DNA of 64,000 nucleotides from the human T2T-CHM13v2.0 reference genome, Homo sapiens: assembly GCF_009914755.1 (NCBI RefSeq), contig NC_060925.1. One strand, given 5' to 3'. The stretch's first letter is position 1; every line of letters starts with the position of its first letter. The notes beneath the pieces are model-generated. The model was not told where the DNA came from. It worked only from the letters and a program-made list of their open reading frames with translations, and searched no databases. The translations under genes were made by a program, and so were the position numbers. This document shows, piece by piece, positions 53,351-64,000 of this stretch.

Positions 53351-53448
53351 GATGGAGAACCTAATAAGGGGAAGGAATCCCCCGCAATACCAGAGAAGTC
53401 CTTGTAAAGAGGTTCGTGCAGCACTTCGGAAGAGGCCTGAAGAGGAGT
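53351..53448 (+). CDS. LRRC7: 98-nt internal coding exon (exon 2 of the long isoform) of leucine-rich repeat-containing 7 / Densin-180
   Basis: Acceptor ctcttctgattctcccttatAG and donor T|GTAAGT. GC/CpG-richer than the flanks and non-repetitive. Only one frame is open across the exon: G ATG GAG AAC...GAG GAG T = MENLIRGRNPPQYQRSPCKEVRAALRKRPEEE. I recall this peptide preceding LQCLEMTTKRKIIGRLVPCRCF in human LRRC7 (gene assignment from memory, not searched). Confidence 0.82.
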
Positions 53449-54823
53449 GTAAGTATGTTTAATAGGATTACCTGTGTTCTAGATAGATTTTGGTGAGTAG
53501 CATAGTAAAATGAAATGAGTGACCTTTAAATGGTTAGTCAAGCAATAGAATATTTGTTGAGTCGAGTTGGTCTTTTAAAATAAGTTACCATATGTTACCT
53601 GAATGTAAGTGCTTACTTAGAACATTGCTTTCTTAAGAATATTTCTCTGGTACTTCAAGATGTTCTACTGATAATCAAGTTCCATGTTCAAATGAGATGG
53701 GAAAAGGCTGTACAGTCTGACAGATCTTTCTTGTATATTTATACCATGCATGGTAATGGTTCTGAGACGTCCTGAAGTAAAGAAACTTTTGAAATGTATC
53801 TAAAGTCAACACTTTCCAGTTTCCATTTAGCCACAGGGCTCTTTTAACATTTTTTTTAACTGAGAACTTTTTAAAACCACTGCATTAGACAAAATAATAG
53901 ATATCTGCCGGTAAATGTAAACCTGTTTGCCAAATGGAAACATTTGATTTAATTGAATTTAGGAAAATGTTCTGAAAGATAGATACCATGAATCTCAATA
54001 TAAAGTCATTTTAGTTCATCCTCAAATTATTAAATACTAGAATATGCCATTGGCTGTAGGGATTATATTTATTTATTATCTGTAGCATGTAGCAGATTGT
54101 TGGAGACTCTTGACATAATATTCACATTTTAAGTTTATAAAATGATCCATAATACCAAGTTTCCTCATGGTATTTGCATATAATTATTTTCAGGGAATGA
54201 AATCACATTTCATTATGATAAAAATTTGTCAGAATTTTGTCCTTTTACAGGAACTTACATTTTACAAGGATAAAGCTAATGTAGTGGGTTCACTGAAGTA
54301 TACTGTTAAGTAGAATTTTAAGATTATATTGGCGTTTTTAAATTAGTTTGAAGTATACTGCTCTGGGTAAAGACCAACTATATTAAAGCAGGGCACACTC
54401 ATGGCAAATGAATTGTTCTTGTTTTGTTTATTATAAAGTTAATAGATAACCTTACTGAGCTGACATATATGTCATTCAATAGTGTTTTGGCCTTCTTTAA
54501 CCTGGTAGATTTATGGCTTATAACACCATAAACAATATTTAACTAAAACTAAAACTTGAAACTAAAGATAGAGTTCATGGGCATTTATAAGATGCCAACT
54601 CTTGCATAAAAGTATTGCGTATTTCTGTTGGGTTTATAGAAACACTTCGGGGTTTCTTCTCTATGCTTCAAGGAGACCATCAGTTTAGTCTCTGGTACAG
54701 TTCTGTAAATATTTAAATAAAACTTAAAAGGGATATTTGTAGATATGTTTGCAAATGGTTATCACAGAGTTACCATTTAACATAAAGTGATTTTTCAGGA
54801 CTCTTGTACTGAGTTGGTCTAAG

Positions 54824-55042
54824 CCAGGGGTTGGCCAATTATGGTTTGTTGATGAAACTCAGCCTGACACCTTTTTTGTAAGTACAATTGTATTGAAACA
54901 CAGCCATCATTTATTTATTGTATATTATGCACAACTGATTTTGCACTACAAAGGAAGAATTGAGTAGTTGTGACAGAGACCATATGCCCACAAAACCTAA
55001 AATATTTACCTGGGTCTTCATAAAAAATCTTTTTGAACCCTG
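54824..55042 (+). mobile_element. MER58A DNA transposon
   Basis: caggggttggc..ttgaaacacagcca..gagtagttgtgacagagaccatatg..cctaaaatatttac..gaaccctg. Confidence 0.8.
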
Positions 55043-55050
55043 GTCCAGGC

Positions 55051-55246
55051 CAGTGGTCCTCAAATTGTGATCTCCAGGCTAAGAGCAGCAGCAGCAGCAG
55101 CATCTGGGAACTTGTTAAAAATGCAAATTCTAGTGCTGCAAGCCACACCTACTGAATCAGAAACTCTTAGAGCAGGGCCTGGTGACCTGTATTTTAAGAA
55201 GCTCTGCAGGAGATTCTGATGTAAGCTCAAGCTTGAAAACTACTAG
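55051..55246 (+). mobile_element. MER5A DNA transposon (with a short CAG run)
   Basis: cagtggtcctcaaa..cagcatctgggaacttgttaaaaatgcaaattc..cctactgaatcagaaactct..gattctgatg..ttgaaaactact. Confidence 0.85.
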
Positions 55247-55669
55247 CCTAGGTAAAATGATTGACATCAGACGATACTAAATCGTTATCTATACAAAAGA
55301 GGAATAATCATTGGTATAGTTCATAATCAAGTTTTATTGTTCTCTAATATAAAGTATGTATGTTAAGCTACCTAATATGTGCTTAACAAGGTACATGATA
55401 TAACCGTCACTTGTGTTATAAATTCTCATCAATTGGATTGTGACGATCAGGGAAGTCTTTGAAGTGTCACCACAGAAATTCAGCTGGAGTTATGTTATCG
55501 AACATGGAAAGATGTATTGAAAAATGCAAAATCTATAAAATTGTTTTCTCTTGCATAGAGGTCTTTATTTTCCCCTGTTAGTACAATGAGCAATTCTACT
55601 TGCTCTGTGACAGACTAGTGTGAATTCCATGAGAAAAAAAAAGCCACAATTTTTTTTTTTTTGTAATGG

Positions 55670-55900
55670 AAGCAACATATCATGGTAGTTAAAACTATTA
55701 ACTTTAGAGACACATGAAAGGATTTATTCTCTAATTTGACCAGATGCAGGACCAGGAATAGTTATTTTAAATATAAAATTCAGTTTATTTATCTGAAGAA
55801 AATGAGGACATGCTAGAGCCTACTTAATAGAATTATTTTAAGAATTAAGGGAGATATTTATATTAAGTAGTTGGTACAAAACCTAGGATGTAGCGAGTTT
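55670..55900 (+). mobile_element. MIR (degenerate)
   Basis: ttcagtttatttatctgaagaaaatgagg..cctacttaatagaattattttaagaattaag. Confidence 0.5.
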
Positions 55901-56829
55901 TCTTTTCTCTCTTCTCTTTTTCTGTCTCTTTCTTTAATTGTTATTATTGTTCTCTTATTTCAAACTAAACATTTGTTTGAGGATAATAAGGCATTTTTTG
56001 AGATCAGGAATGCAAATGCACACATATTACCACCACTATTTTTAGAAACAATAATGCATGGCAAAGAAGAGGTTCTAAATAAATATCATAAAGCTGAAAT
56101 TCTTGCAGCAATGTTAGATGGTCATTCATGTTTGATATTAGTTTAACACAATGGCCTAGTTGTTTTTCTGTGATTCTACAGATTCAGTATAGATCTACAC
56201 CAAGACTTGTCGGTCAACTCCCACACAAAGGTGCCACCTTCGAAAACTATCATAGAAAGTCAAATCATAGTAGCTTTTCTGCACTAAGAATTGAAAGGAA
56301 TAAGGAAACTTGGTTCAGACCATAGGATCCTCCAGAGTAAGGAAATCACTCTTTCATTTGGAGATACTGTATACGGGAAGGTTTTGCTAAATAGTATACT
56401 TTGTATTGTTTTCTTTTATAATTCTCTATACCACTTTACAATATTTGCAATGTTAAAATCAACATAGACGTAGATCTAAGTTATTTAATGGGAATTATAT
56501 CTACCTATGCTGCATCCGGCATAGTCAAATAAACTTTCAATAAAAATGGATTATTGTGGAAGACAGATTTTTAAACATGTTTAAGGTATTCCCCATTAAA
56601 ATACAAAATAAAATAAAAACTTTGTCCTCAAAGCCACAGCCCCTTTCAACTACAGCCCTACACTCTTGTTCTCTGTCCAGGAAAATGTTTTGATTTATCT
56701 AAGAGTTATCTACACTCACTCCATTTACTTGCCTCCCACTCACTCCTCCAAACCAGTCCAGTCTGATTCCTGTCCAGTCACTCTACTGAAACAGCTTTTG
56801 TTCAGAGCACCAGTAATTTTTTATGTTGC

Positions 56830-57403
56830 TATAATAGTTTTCTATTGCTGTGTAACAAATTAGCACAGACTTGTGTCTTAAAACAACATTCATTTATCAT
56901 CTCACATTTTCTGAAGGTCAGGAGTCCAGAGTTCGCTGCTTCAGTTCTCACTAGGTTGAAGTCTTATCAAAAGTTCAACTGGGGAAATAATTCACTTCCA
57001 AACTCATTTAGGCTATTGGCAGAATTTGTTTCCTTGTGGTGGTATGACAAACAGTCCCAGCTTTTTGTTGGCTGCCAGCTGAAGTCACTTTTAGGTTCTA
57101 GAGGACTCCAGAAGCTCCTTGCTGTATAGACTTTCTAAATTAGCCAATTTACTCCCTCTTCTCAGGGAGAATTACCTCTCTTTTAAGTACTTTCACCTGA
57201 TTAAGTCAGGCACACCCAAGATAATTTCAATTTTGATTAACTCAAAATGTGGGATCATAATTACACCATTGCCTTTGCCATATTTTATTGTCCAGAAGAA
57301 AGTGATAAGTCCAGCTTATATCCAAGGAGAGGGGATTATACAGGGTTCAAGCATTAAGGAGTATGTTGATGATCATGGGGCCATCTTAGAAGTCAACCTA
57401 TCA
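56830..57403 (-). mobile_element. MLT1 (D/E/F-like) LTR
   Basis: tagttttctattgctgtgtaacaaattagcaca..ggcagaatttgtttccttgtgg..ggggccatcttagaag. Confidence 0.7.
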
Positions 57404-57499
57404 TTTGCTAATCCATCAAGCATTGTTTTCAATGCTCATCTTACTTGATTTTTTAGCAGGAATCAATACTGTTGACCATGTTGTCCTTTTGAAAACTGC

Positions 57500-57745
57500 A
57501 ATGCTGTTAATATTACTATCCCTCCAAACTGTATATGTTAAAACCCAATTGATGTTATATCATGAGACAGGCATTTTGGAGGTAATCTATGACAAGGAAC
57601 CATCTATGAACCAGAAAGCGGGACTTACCATCTACCAAATCTGCCAACATCTTGATCTTGGATTTCCCAGCTTCCAGAACTGTGAGAAATAAATTTTTGT
57701 TGTTTATAAGCTACCTAGTTCATGGATAGGCTAAGAAAGAGATCA
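57500..57745 (+). mobile_element. MLT1A/B-type LTR fragment
   Basis: tgccaacatcttgatcttggatttcccagcttccagaactgtgagaaataaatttttgttgtttataagctacctag. Confidence 0.8.
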
Positions 57746-58524
57746 TCTAATGCTTTGGCTACCATAATAGAATACTTTCCTGATTTTTCTATAGTCCCTC
57801 TGGTTACTCTTTTGCATGCTCAACTTTCTCTTTTCAGCCATTATATATTAGAATTTTGGAAGACAGTTTGAAGTCTTCTTTTTTGTCCCAAATATACTTC
57901 CTCTACAAACAATGTCATTACATGCAGTATTAGTTTTTCCTATAATCAGATGACTCACAAATTGATGTCTCTAGACCAAACGTCTCTCTGTTCATCCCAA
58001 TGTGCACTTGACACATTCTTGAATGTTTCAACAATGCAACAAACGCAACAAATTCAAAACCAAAACTATGATCTTTCAAAGCCTGAGCTTCCTCCAGTGT
58101 TTTCTGTCTGAATGAGTGGTGCTGTTAATCATCTAGATTCAAAATTCATAAACCCGGGAGTCCTCTTTCATACATTTCTTCCCCTTTTCTCTCCTACGTT
58201 CACTCTAATTTCAAGGCCTCTCAACTTGACCTCCTACATATGTTTTGAATCTGTTCAGAAATCACCTTTGCAAATATTCTGTGTAAGATTCTACCAAATG
58301 CTCCCCAAAGTGGCTTTCCTGCATACTGTTAGAAAACCCTCCTTATCTTAAAATAACCCTATGGTTTTCCATTGCTCATTCAAGAAAGACAATAGCCATA
58401 CTGTGGATTATAAGATTTTGCAGTCTAGCCTCCACCCACCCATTCAGCCTCATCTCATACTCTATTCCTGTGCTCTCTGTGCTTCAACCAAACTGGCTTT
58501 CTTATAATTGTTGATCATATTCAG

Positions 58525-59135
58525 TGATAAGAGAAAAATATGTATTTTGAAATAATATAGAACTAGAGGGAAGAAGTTAACCTGGAAAGGAAGAGTTTGC
58601 CTTCAAAAATAATACATGAAGAAACTAGAAGAAAAATTAAAGAGATTAAATTTTTGATAGTCACAAGAAATACTCTAAGAAATATCTGCAAAATAAACAA
58701 TGTGGAAAAACTTTTTTAGAGAAAAGAAAAAGAAAAATGAACATTATTGAGCAGGGAATTATAAAAAACTAAACATGAAGATCAGAATTAAAATCTTTAC
58801 TGGAGTCAATAGAATAATTTACATGTAAAAATATCAGAAATTGGAACAATTGGAACTGGAAGCACTCCATGAATACAAAGGAAAGATGATGAAATAATAA
58901 ATAATTATGGGAAACAATTACATGTGGAAAAATGGAGAATGAAAATCCAACCTAAAAATTATAAATTGTCATAAAGGAATCAGAACAATTCAAACAAAAA
59001 TGATAAAAGATTTAATGTAATGTACTTTTTGAAGTTATTAAAATATCTGATTGTATATTCAAATGTTTTCTGATGTACTGTATAAAAATCAGTTATATAA
59101 GATCCATACCCAGATACATACAGACAGATATTTTA
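58525..59135 (+). mobile_element. Old L1M/HAL1 ORF1-like fragment
   Basis: A-rich, degenerate ORF1-like sequence (aaatccaacctaaaaattataaattg; agatccatacccagatacat). Confidence 0.4.
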
Positions 59136-59451
59136 GAATTATACTATCAACTCTCTGAGCAGCAAGAACTCCCTCTTATTCACTATATTAATAACACATG
59201 ACATATTGCCTGGCAGTTAGTAGGTGTTCAACAGATATTTTAGAATGAATGAGAATGAGTGAAGGAATTAATTACTTAATTTCAAAAATAAAAATGCATC
59301 ACAAGAATCTGCTGGAAATAAAAAGATGGGTAGGGGAGATGAAGAGAAGGAGTAAAAGGAAGGAAAGAAAGGCATAAGGAAAGAAAAAGAGAAAGGGAGA
59401 AAAAGAGAGTTGGAAGGAAGGTGAAAGAAGGGGAGGGAAGGCCAAGCTTTT

Positions 59452-62030
59452 GATTCTGGAACAGATGGCATAGACTCACCTTTCCTGATACTCAATTCTA
59501 AATGAAGCTAAACACTCTGGAAAAATTCTTCAACAGACCATTTTGAAAGGACTCTGAAAGCTTCAGAGAAGAAGGCAAACTGACTAGGACAACAGGACTT
59601 GAAGAAAGACATCATGGTATGCTTCTTGCATTTTCTTTTTATCTCCTATACATCCCTGGACTGCATACCAGAGAGGCTTGCAATCTGGTACTGTCAACAG
59701 GCATGAAGAAAAGAAGGGAAAAAAAAGCAAAGCCTACTCTCTCAGTCCAGAGGACCAAGAGAGAGAAAAACAACAGAGGTTTGGAAGAGAGCCACCGATA
59801 TCTTATTCTATAATCCCAATCGACAGGCAGTTCAATTCACCTGCAGAAACAGAACAGTAAGGCCCCAGGCCATCCCTGCTCTGCTCTCCCTGGTGGGCAG
59901 ACCTATCTGGTGGTAATGGTGGCAGCAGTAAAGCCCTGTGTCTTCCTATCTTTCACCCAGTGTCATAAAGAGACCCAGGCTCAGTGGCTTCTGTGCCTTC
60001 CCAGAGGTTTACCTAGGAATATTAGAGAATCCAGAGCAGCACTTTTAACTCTAGCGGATGACACCAGCAGAGTTTTAGCAGAAGCCCCGACAGTGCCAGA
60101 AGAATGAAGCAGACCAGATCAGCATTAGCATTATAAAAAATCAGAACACTAACTGCCATTGGAACTAAAGCCCACAAAATTAGTCCAAAACCTATAAGCT
60201 AAACCTAAACAGGATACATACCTGCTAAAATAAAAGGTTTCAATAGGGTTAAAAGTCTCCTAACATAATAATCAAAATATTCAAAATGCAGTTGACTGTA
60301 ACCCATCATACCATGAACCAGAAAAACCACAGTCTGACAAAAGACAATCCACTGACCCCAATACTAAGACAAATTAGATAATGGAATTTCTGAGAAGGAG
60401 ACTGAAGCGTCCATCATAAGAATGCTTCAGGAGACAATTATATAATCTCTTGAAACAAGTGAAGAAAAACAGAAAATCTCAGGGGAAAAAAAAGAAGTTA
60501 TAAAAAAGAACCAAATGGAAATTATGTAACTGAAAACCAAAATTACCAAAATAAAAATATCACTTAATTGAATCAATAGTAGAGTGAAAATTACAGAAAA
60601 GAGATTAAATGAATATGTAGATTAGTGGAATTTACTCAATATGAACAACAAGGAGAATATACACTAAACAAAAATGAACAGAACCTCAGGGATTTGTGGA
60701 AAAATAATAACATATATAATATTTGTATCATCAGAGTCCCAGGAGAGGAGAAGGAGTATGGGACAGAAAAAGTATTTGAAGAAGTAATGGTTGCAAACTT
60801 CTAAAAGTTGACAAAAGACGTAAATCTAGATATTCAAGAAGCTGGGTCAACTCCAAAGAAGATAAACCAAAAAAAAAAAATCCACAACAGGACATTTCAT
60901 AATTAAACTTGTGAGAACCAAAGATAAAGAAAAATATTTAAAACAGCCAGAGTGCAATAACACATTACATATAAAGGAACAGAAATAACACATTACATAT
61001 AAAGAAGCATCAATTAAAATGACAGTATATTTTCATCTGAAACCACAGAGGCCAGAAGGAAATGACATACAAGATTTTCAAGTATTATAAGAATTGTCAA
61101 CTCTGAATCCTATATCCAACTAAACCATCCTTCAGCAATGAAGGAGAAATAAAATCACTCTCAGCAGAAAGAAAACTGAGAGAATTTGTTGCTAACAAAC
61201 CTTCCCCAACACAATGGCTACACAGAACTCTCCAAACACAAAGCAAAAGTTTAACAAAAGAAGACTTGTACCTTCAGGAAGTAAAGAACAGTAGAATGAA
61301 TAAAAACAGAAGTATGAATAATAGAATTTTCTTTACCTTATGTTTCATGGTTGAAGCAAAAACTATAATACCATCTGATGTGGTGCACATGTATGTAGAT
61401 GAAATAAGTCAATTAATATTTAAAAAGTGGAAAGGGTAAAGGGAACTAAATTGATATAAGGTTTCTCTACTTCACTTGAAATGGTATAACACTGATACCA
61501 GTAGACTGTGATAAGTTACGTATATTGTAATACCTAGAGCAACCACTAAGAAGACTACAAAATAATACACTCAAAAACATTATAAGTAAATCAAAGGTGA
61601 ACTAAATATACTCATGTAACCTAGAGGATGTGAAGGAAAAAGAAACATAGAAACAAGAAACCAAGAGAACAGAACAGAAAACAAATAATAAAATTAGATG
61701 TATTAGACTTAAGTCCTAATACATCAATAATTACATTAAGTGTAAATGGTGTAAATACCATGGTTAAAAGACAAAGCTTGTCAGATTAGATAAAAAAGAA
61801 AGACCAACTATATGTTGCTTATAAAAATGTCCTTTAGATGCAAAAATAAAAAAAAGGTTAAATATAAAGGGATAGAAAAAGAAATACCATGCTAAATTAT
61901 TTAAATGAAAGCTAGAGTGACTATATTAATATCAAGATAAAGGTAACTTCAAAGCAAAACATATTACAAGGGATAAAAAAGGTCAGTTCATCAAGAGGAC
62001 TTAACAATCATGAAATTGTATGTATTCGAT
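59452..62030 (+). mobile_element. L1M (MC/MD-type) 5'UTR, ORF1 and ORF2 start
   Basis: ORF1 phrases (aaaatgaacagaacctcagggatttgtgg; gagtcccagga; ttcatctgaaaccacagaggccagaagg) and ORF2 start (atcaataattacattaagtgtaaatgg; gaaagctagagtgactatattaatatca). Confidence 0.75.
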
Positions 62031-62195
62031 TTAATTTTACAAATATGTATTTTCTTAAATTTTGTTTCATTAGCTTTGCTGTATCTTTTTATTGATTTAT
62101 CTTTTATTTAGCCCAACTTAGTTGTCAATAGCAAATAAATTCTTGTTAGCATAGTTGTGGTTGTGGTCTGCTTAAAAAAAGAAACTATTATTTTA

Positions 62196-62535
62196 GGACA
62201 GGCACGTTGGCTCACACCTGTAATCCCAGCACTTTGGCAGGCTGAGGAGAGTGAATCACCAGAGGTCGGGAATTCGACACCAGTCTGGCCAAGATGGCGA
62301 AACCCTGTATCTACAAAAATACAAAAAAATTAGCTGGGTGTGGTGGCACACGCCTGTAGTCCCAGCTACTCAGGAGGCTGAGGCAGGAGAATCACTTGAG
62401 CCCGGGAGGCGGAGGTTGCAGTGAGCCGAGATCACACCACTGCACTCCAGCCTGGTCTACAAAGCAAGACTCCATCTCAAGAAAAAACCAAAAAAAAAAA
62501 AAAAAAAAGAAAAAAGAAAAAGAAAAGAAAAAAGA
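62196..62535 (+). mobile_element. AluS (Sx/Sq-like), full length, with A/(GAAAA)n tail
   Basis: Both arms present; TSD GAAA[C/T]TATTATTTT at 62181-62194 and 62536-62549. Confidence 0.9.
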
Positions 62536-63219
62536 GAAATTATTATTTTTATAGAGAAATATTTATGATGGTGTAATATTTTTCTGAAATCAACCTGAGT
62601 CAGTATTATGTACACTAAAAATACATGATGCCTCTCTATTGAGTTTTTGAATAATAACAGAAATTCACTGAAGGGTTTTGGTCCCTTTTTTTTACCCTTC
62701 TAACAGAATTTCTTTAATATTAGCAAGAGATAACACTTAAAATTATTTTGTGTTTATATAACTGAATGTTACTCTTTCAAATATGAAAATATTCTAATAT
62801 TAACCAGCTTGGTAAAAATCATTTTGATTAGTGACATTCCTACCTTCATAGTAGAAGCCATTGAATATGATTTAGCCTTTTTCTAATAACTCAAGGATGG
62901 TTTTATAACCTGCCATTATTATAAAGTGTGATAATGGAATTCTGTCTGTTTGCTTCCCTCCATATCAAGTTGTCAGCTGTTACTTTTGCTGTGACTGTTC
63001 TTGCTTTTTAACTACCTCTTCTTTTGACATTCTGTTTTCCATTTTAGTTTTCTCCTTCAAGAACTGAGAAGTCTGACAAACCATTCTTGTTAAGAATTGT
63101 ATATTAAACATGTGCCAATGAATCTGGGATTGAAAATTAATCAGGCTTCAGATGCTTTATGGTAAATCAGCTAAAAGAAGTAAGGAACATTAGTGAAATG
63201 TAAGGAGTAGGGTTCATTT

Positions 63220-63870
63220 GTTTAGTAGATCCTGGAGCCACCCCTTTTCCAATTGACTTCACCTCAAGTCTGTACTGAGTCCCCAGATACTTGTGTTCTT
63301 TATCAGTTCCTTTTTTGTAAGCCATGTCCCAGTGACCCAACTGTGATGTTGATGACCTGGTGCTACTGTGGTCAGGAGCTTATGCAACATGGGGTGGGGG
63401 AAAATCTCATATCTACTAAAGAAATTTGATGGTTTGCATAACTGGAAGTTTAGAAATAAGACAGGCGTCAGAACTTCACCATTCTCTGGGTGTCAGCTTT
63501 ATTCTTGGGCTGGCATCGATGTTCTGCAGTTATGAACCTCACACATGTGCATGAAAATTTGCAGAGGAAGAAATGCTATCTGTTTCTTGGATTCTTTTTA
63601 TGGTTTTTTTTTTTTTTAAAAAAAAACCTCTTAGAAGCCTTAGGAAAATACTCCCTATTTTATCATTTTATTGGCCTAAATGATGTTACATCCCTATTCA
63701 TGATCATTACTGTACACCAGGAGAATGCTACGTACTCATTGGCCTCACCCTATTGTGCTGGACCAATCACTTTCAAGAGCTGGTTTAATATTAGAAGTAA
63801 TCTCAGATTTTGTATTTGCTATTTGGCTTAGCATAAGTAATGGAGCAGGTAAGATTACTCAACACTATAT
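63220..63870 (-). mobile_element. Old MLT1-type LTR fragments
   Basis: gcataactggaag..tttcattttattggcc-like..tactcattggcc..gaccaatcact; highly degenerate. Confidence 0.4.
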
Positions 63871-64000
63871 CTCATATTTTGCATATACTACATATTTGTC
63901 TATACATACTCAACTATCCCAAAATATTTTATGGTTGTGAATTGGAGCAAAGGATAGAGGAGGTGGTACTTGGGATATCAGGAATCAGGGCACTAATGTC

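Larger units (their letters stand above)
56590..58520 (+). mobile_element. L2 LINE fragment interrupted by two MLT1 LTR pieces
   Basis: cccactcactcctccaaaccagtccagtctgattcc..ctactgaaacagc; cagatgactcacaaatt..ctctagaccaaac; cttcaaccaaactggc. Confidence 0.7.

Noticed and set aside
53351-53407. Alternative reading DGEPNKGKESPAIPEKSL* of the exon
   Set aside because: Hits a stop within the exon; the other frame is fully open and matches a remembered protein.
54232-54300. Strong-looking acceptor ttttgtccttttacag as another exon
   Set aside because: No convincing nearby donor or recognisable coding sequence; such pseudo-acceptors are common in AT-rich introns.
55085-55102. CAG run as a disease-type repeat
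   Set aside because: Only about 5-6 units, intronic, and an extension of the native MER5A sequence.

Overview
Human-type, AT-rich, repeat-dense genomic DNA; the AluYa5 and AluYb8 copies indicate Homo sapiens. The window is almost entirely intronic. The only convincing coding sequence is a 98-nt + strand exon at 53351-53448, too short for the supplied ORF track. It encodes (G)-MENLIRGRNPPQYQRSPCKEVRAALRKRPEEE-(T), which I recognise from memory as the N-terminal extension exon (exon 2) of the long isoform of LRRC7/Densin-180. The rest is a layered record of transposable elements: ancient L2, MIR, MER3, MER5, MER58, MLT and L1M copies; a decayed class I ERV with integrase C-terminal and env TM remnants; a full-length L1MA-type element that split a MER3 and was itself hit by two L1PA copies and an AluYb8; and several truncated L1PA/PB copies and Alus. 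No rRNA, tRNA, CRISPR or prokaryotic-type system is present. I found no well-supported novel biological system. The best second-look items are the exon's start-codon architecture, the ERV env remnant, two potentially polymorphic young Alus, tandem RORE and AP-1 clusters, and several templated-repair-like scars. Repeat subfamily calls were made by eye from remembered consensus sequences, and the boundaries of old elements are approximate.
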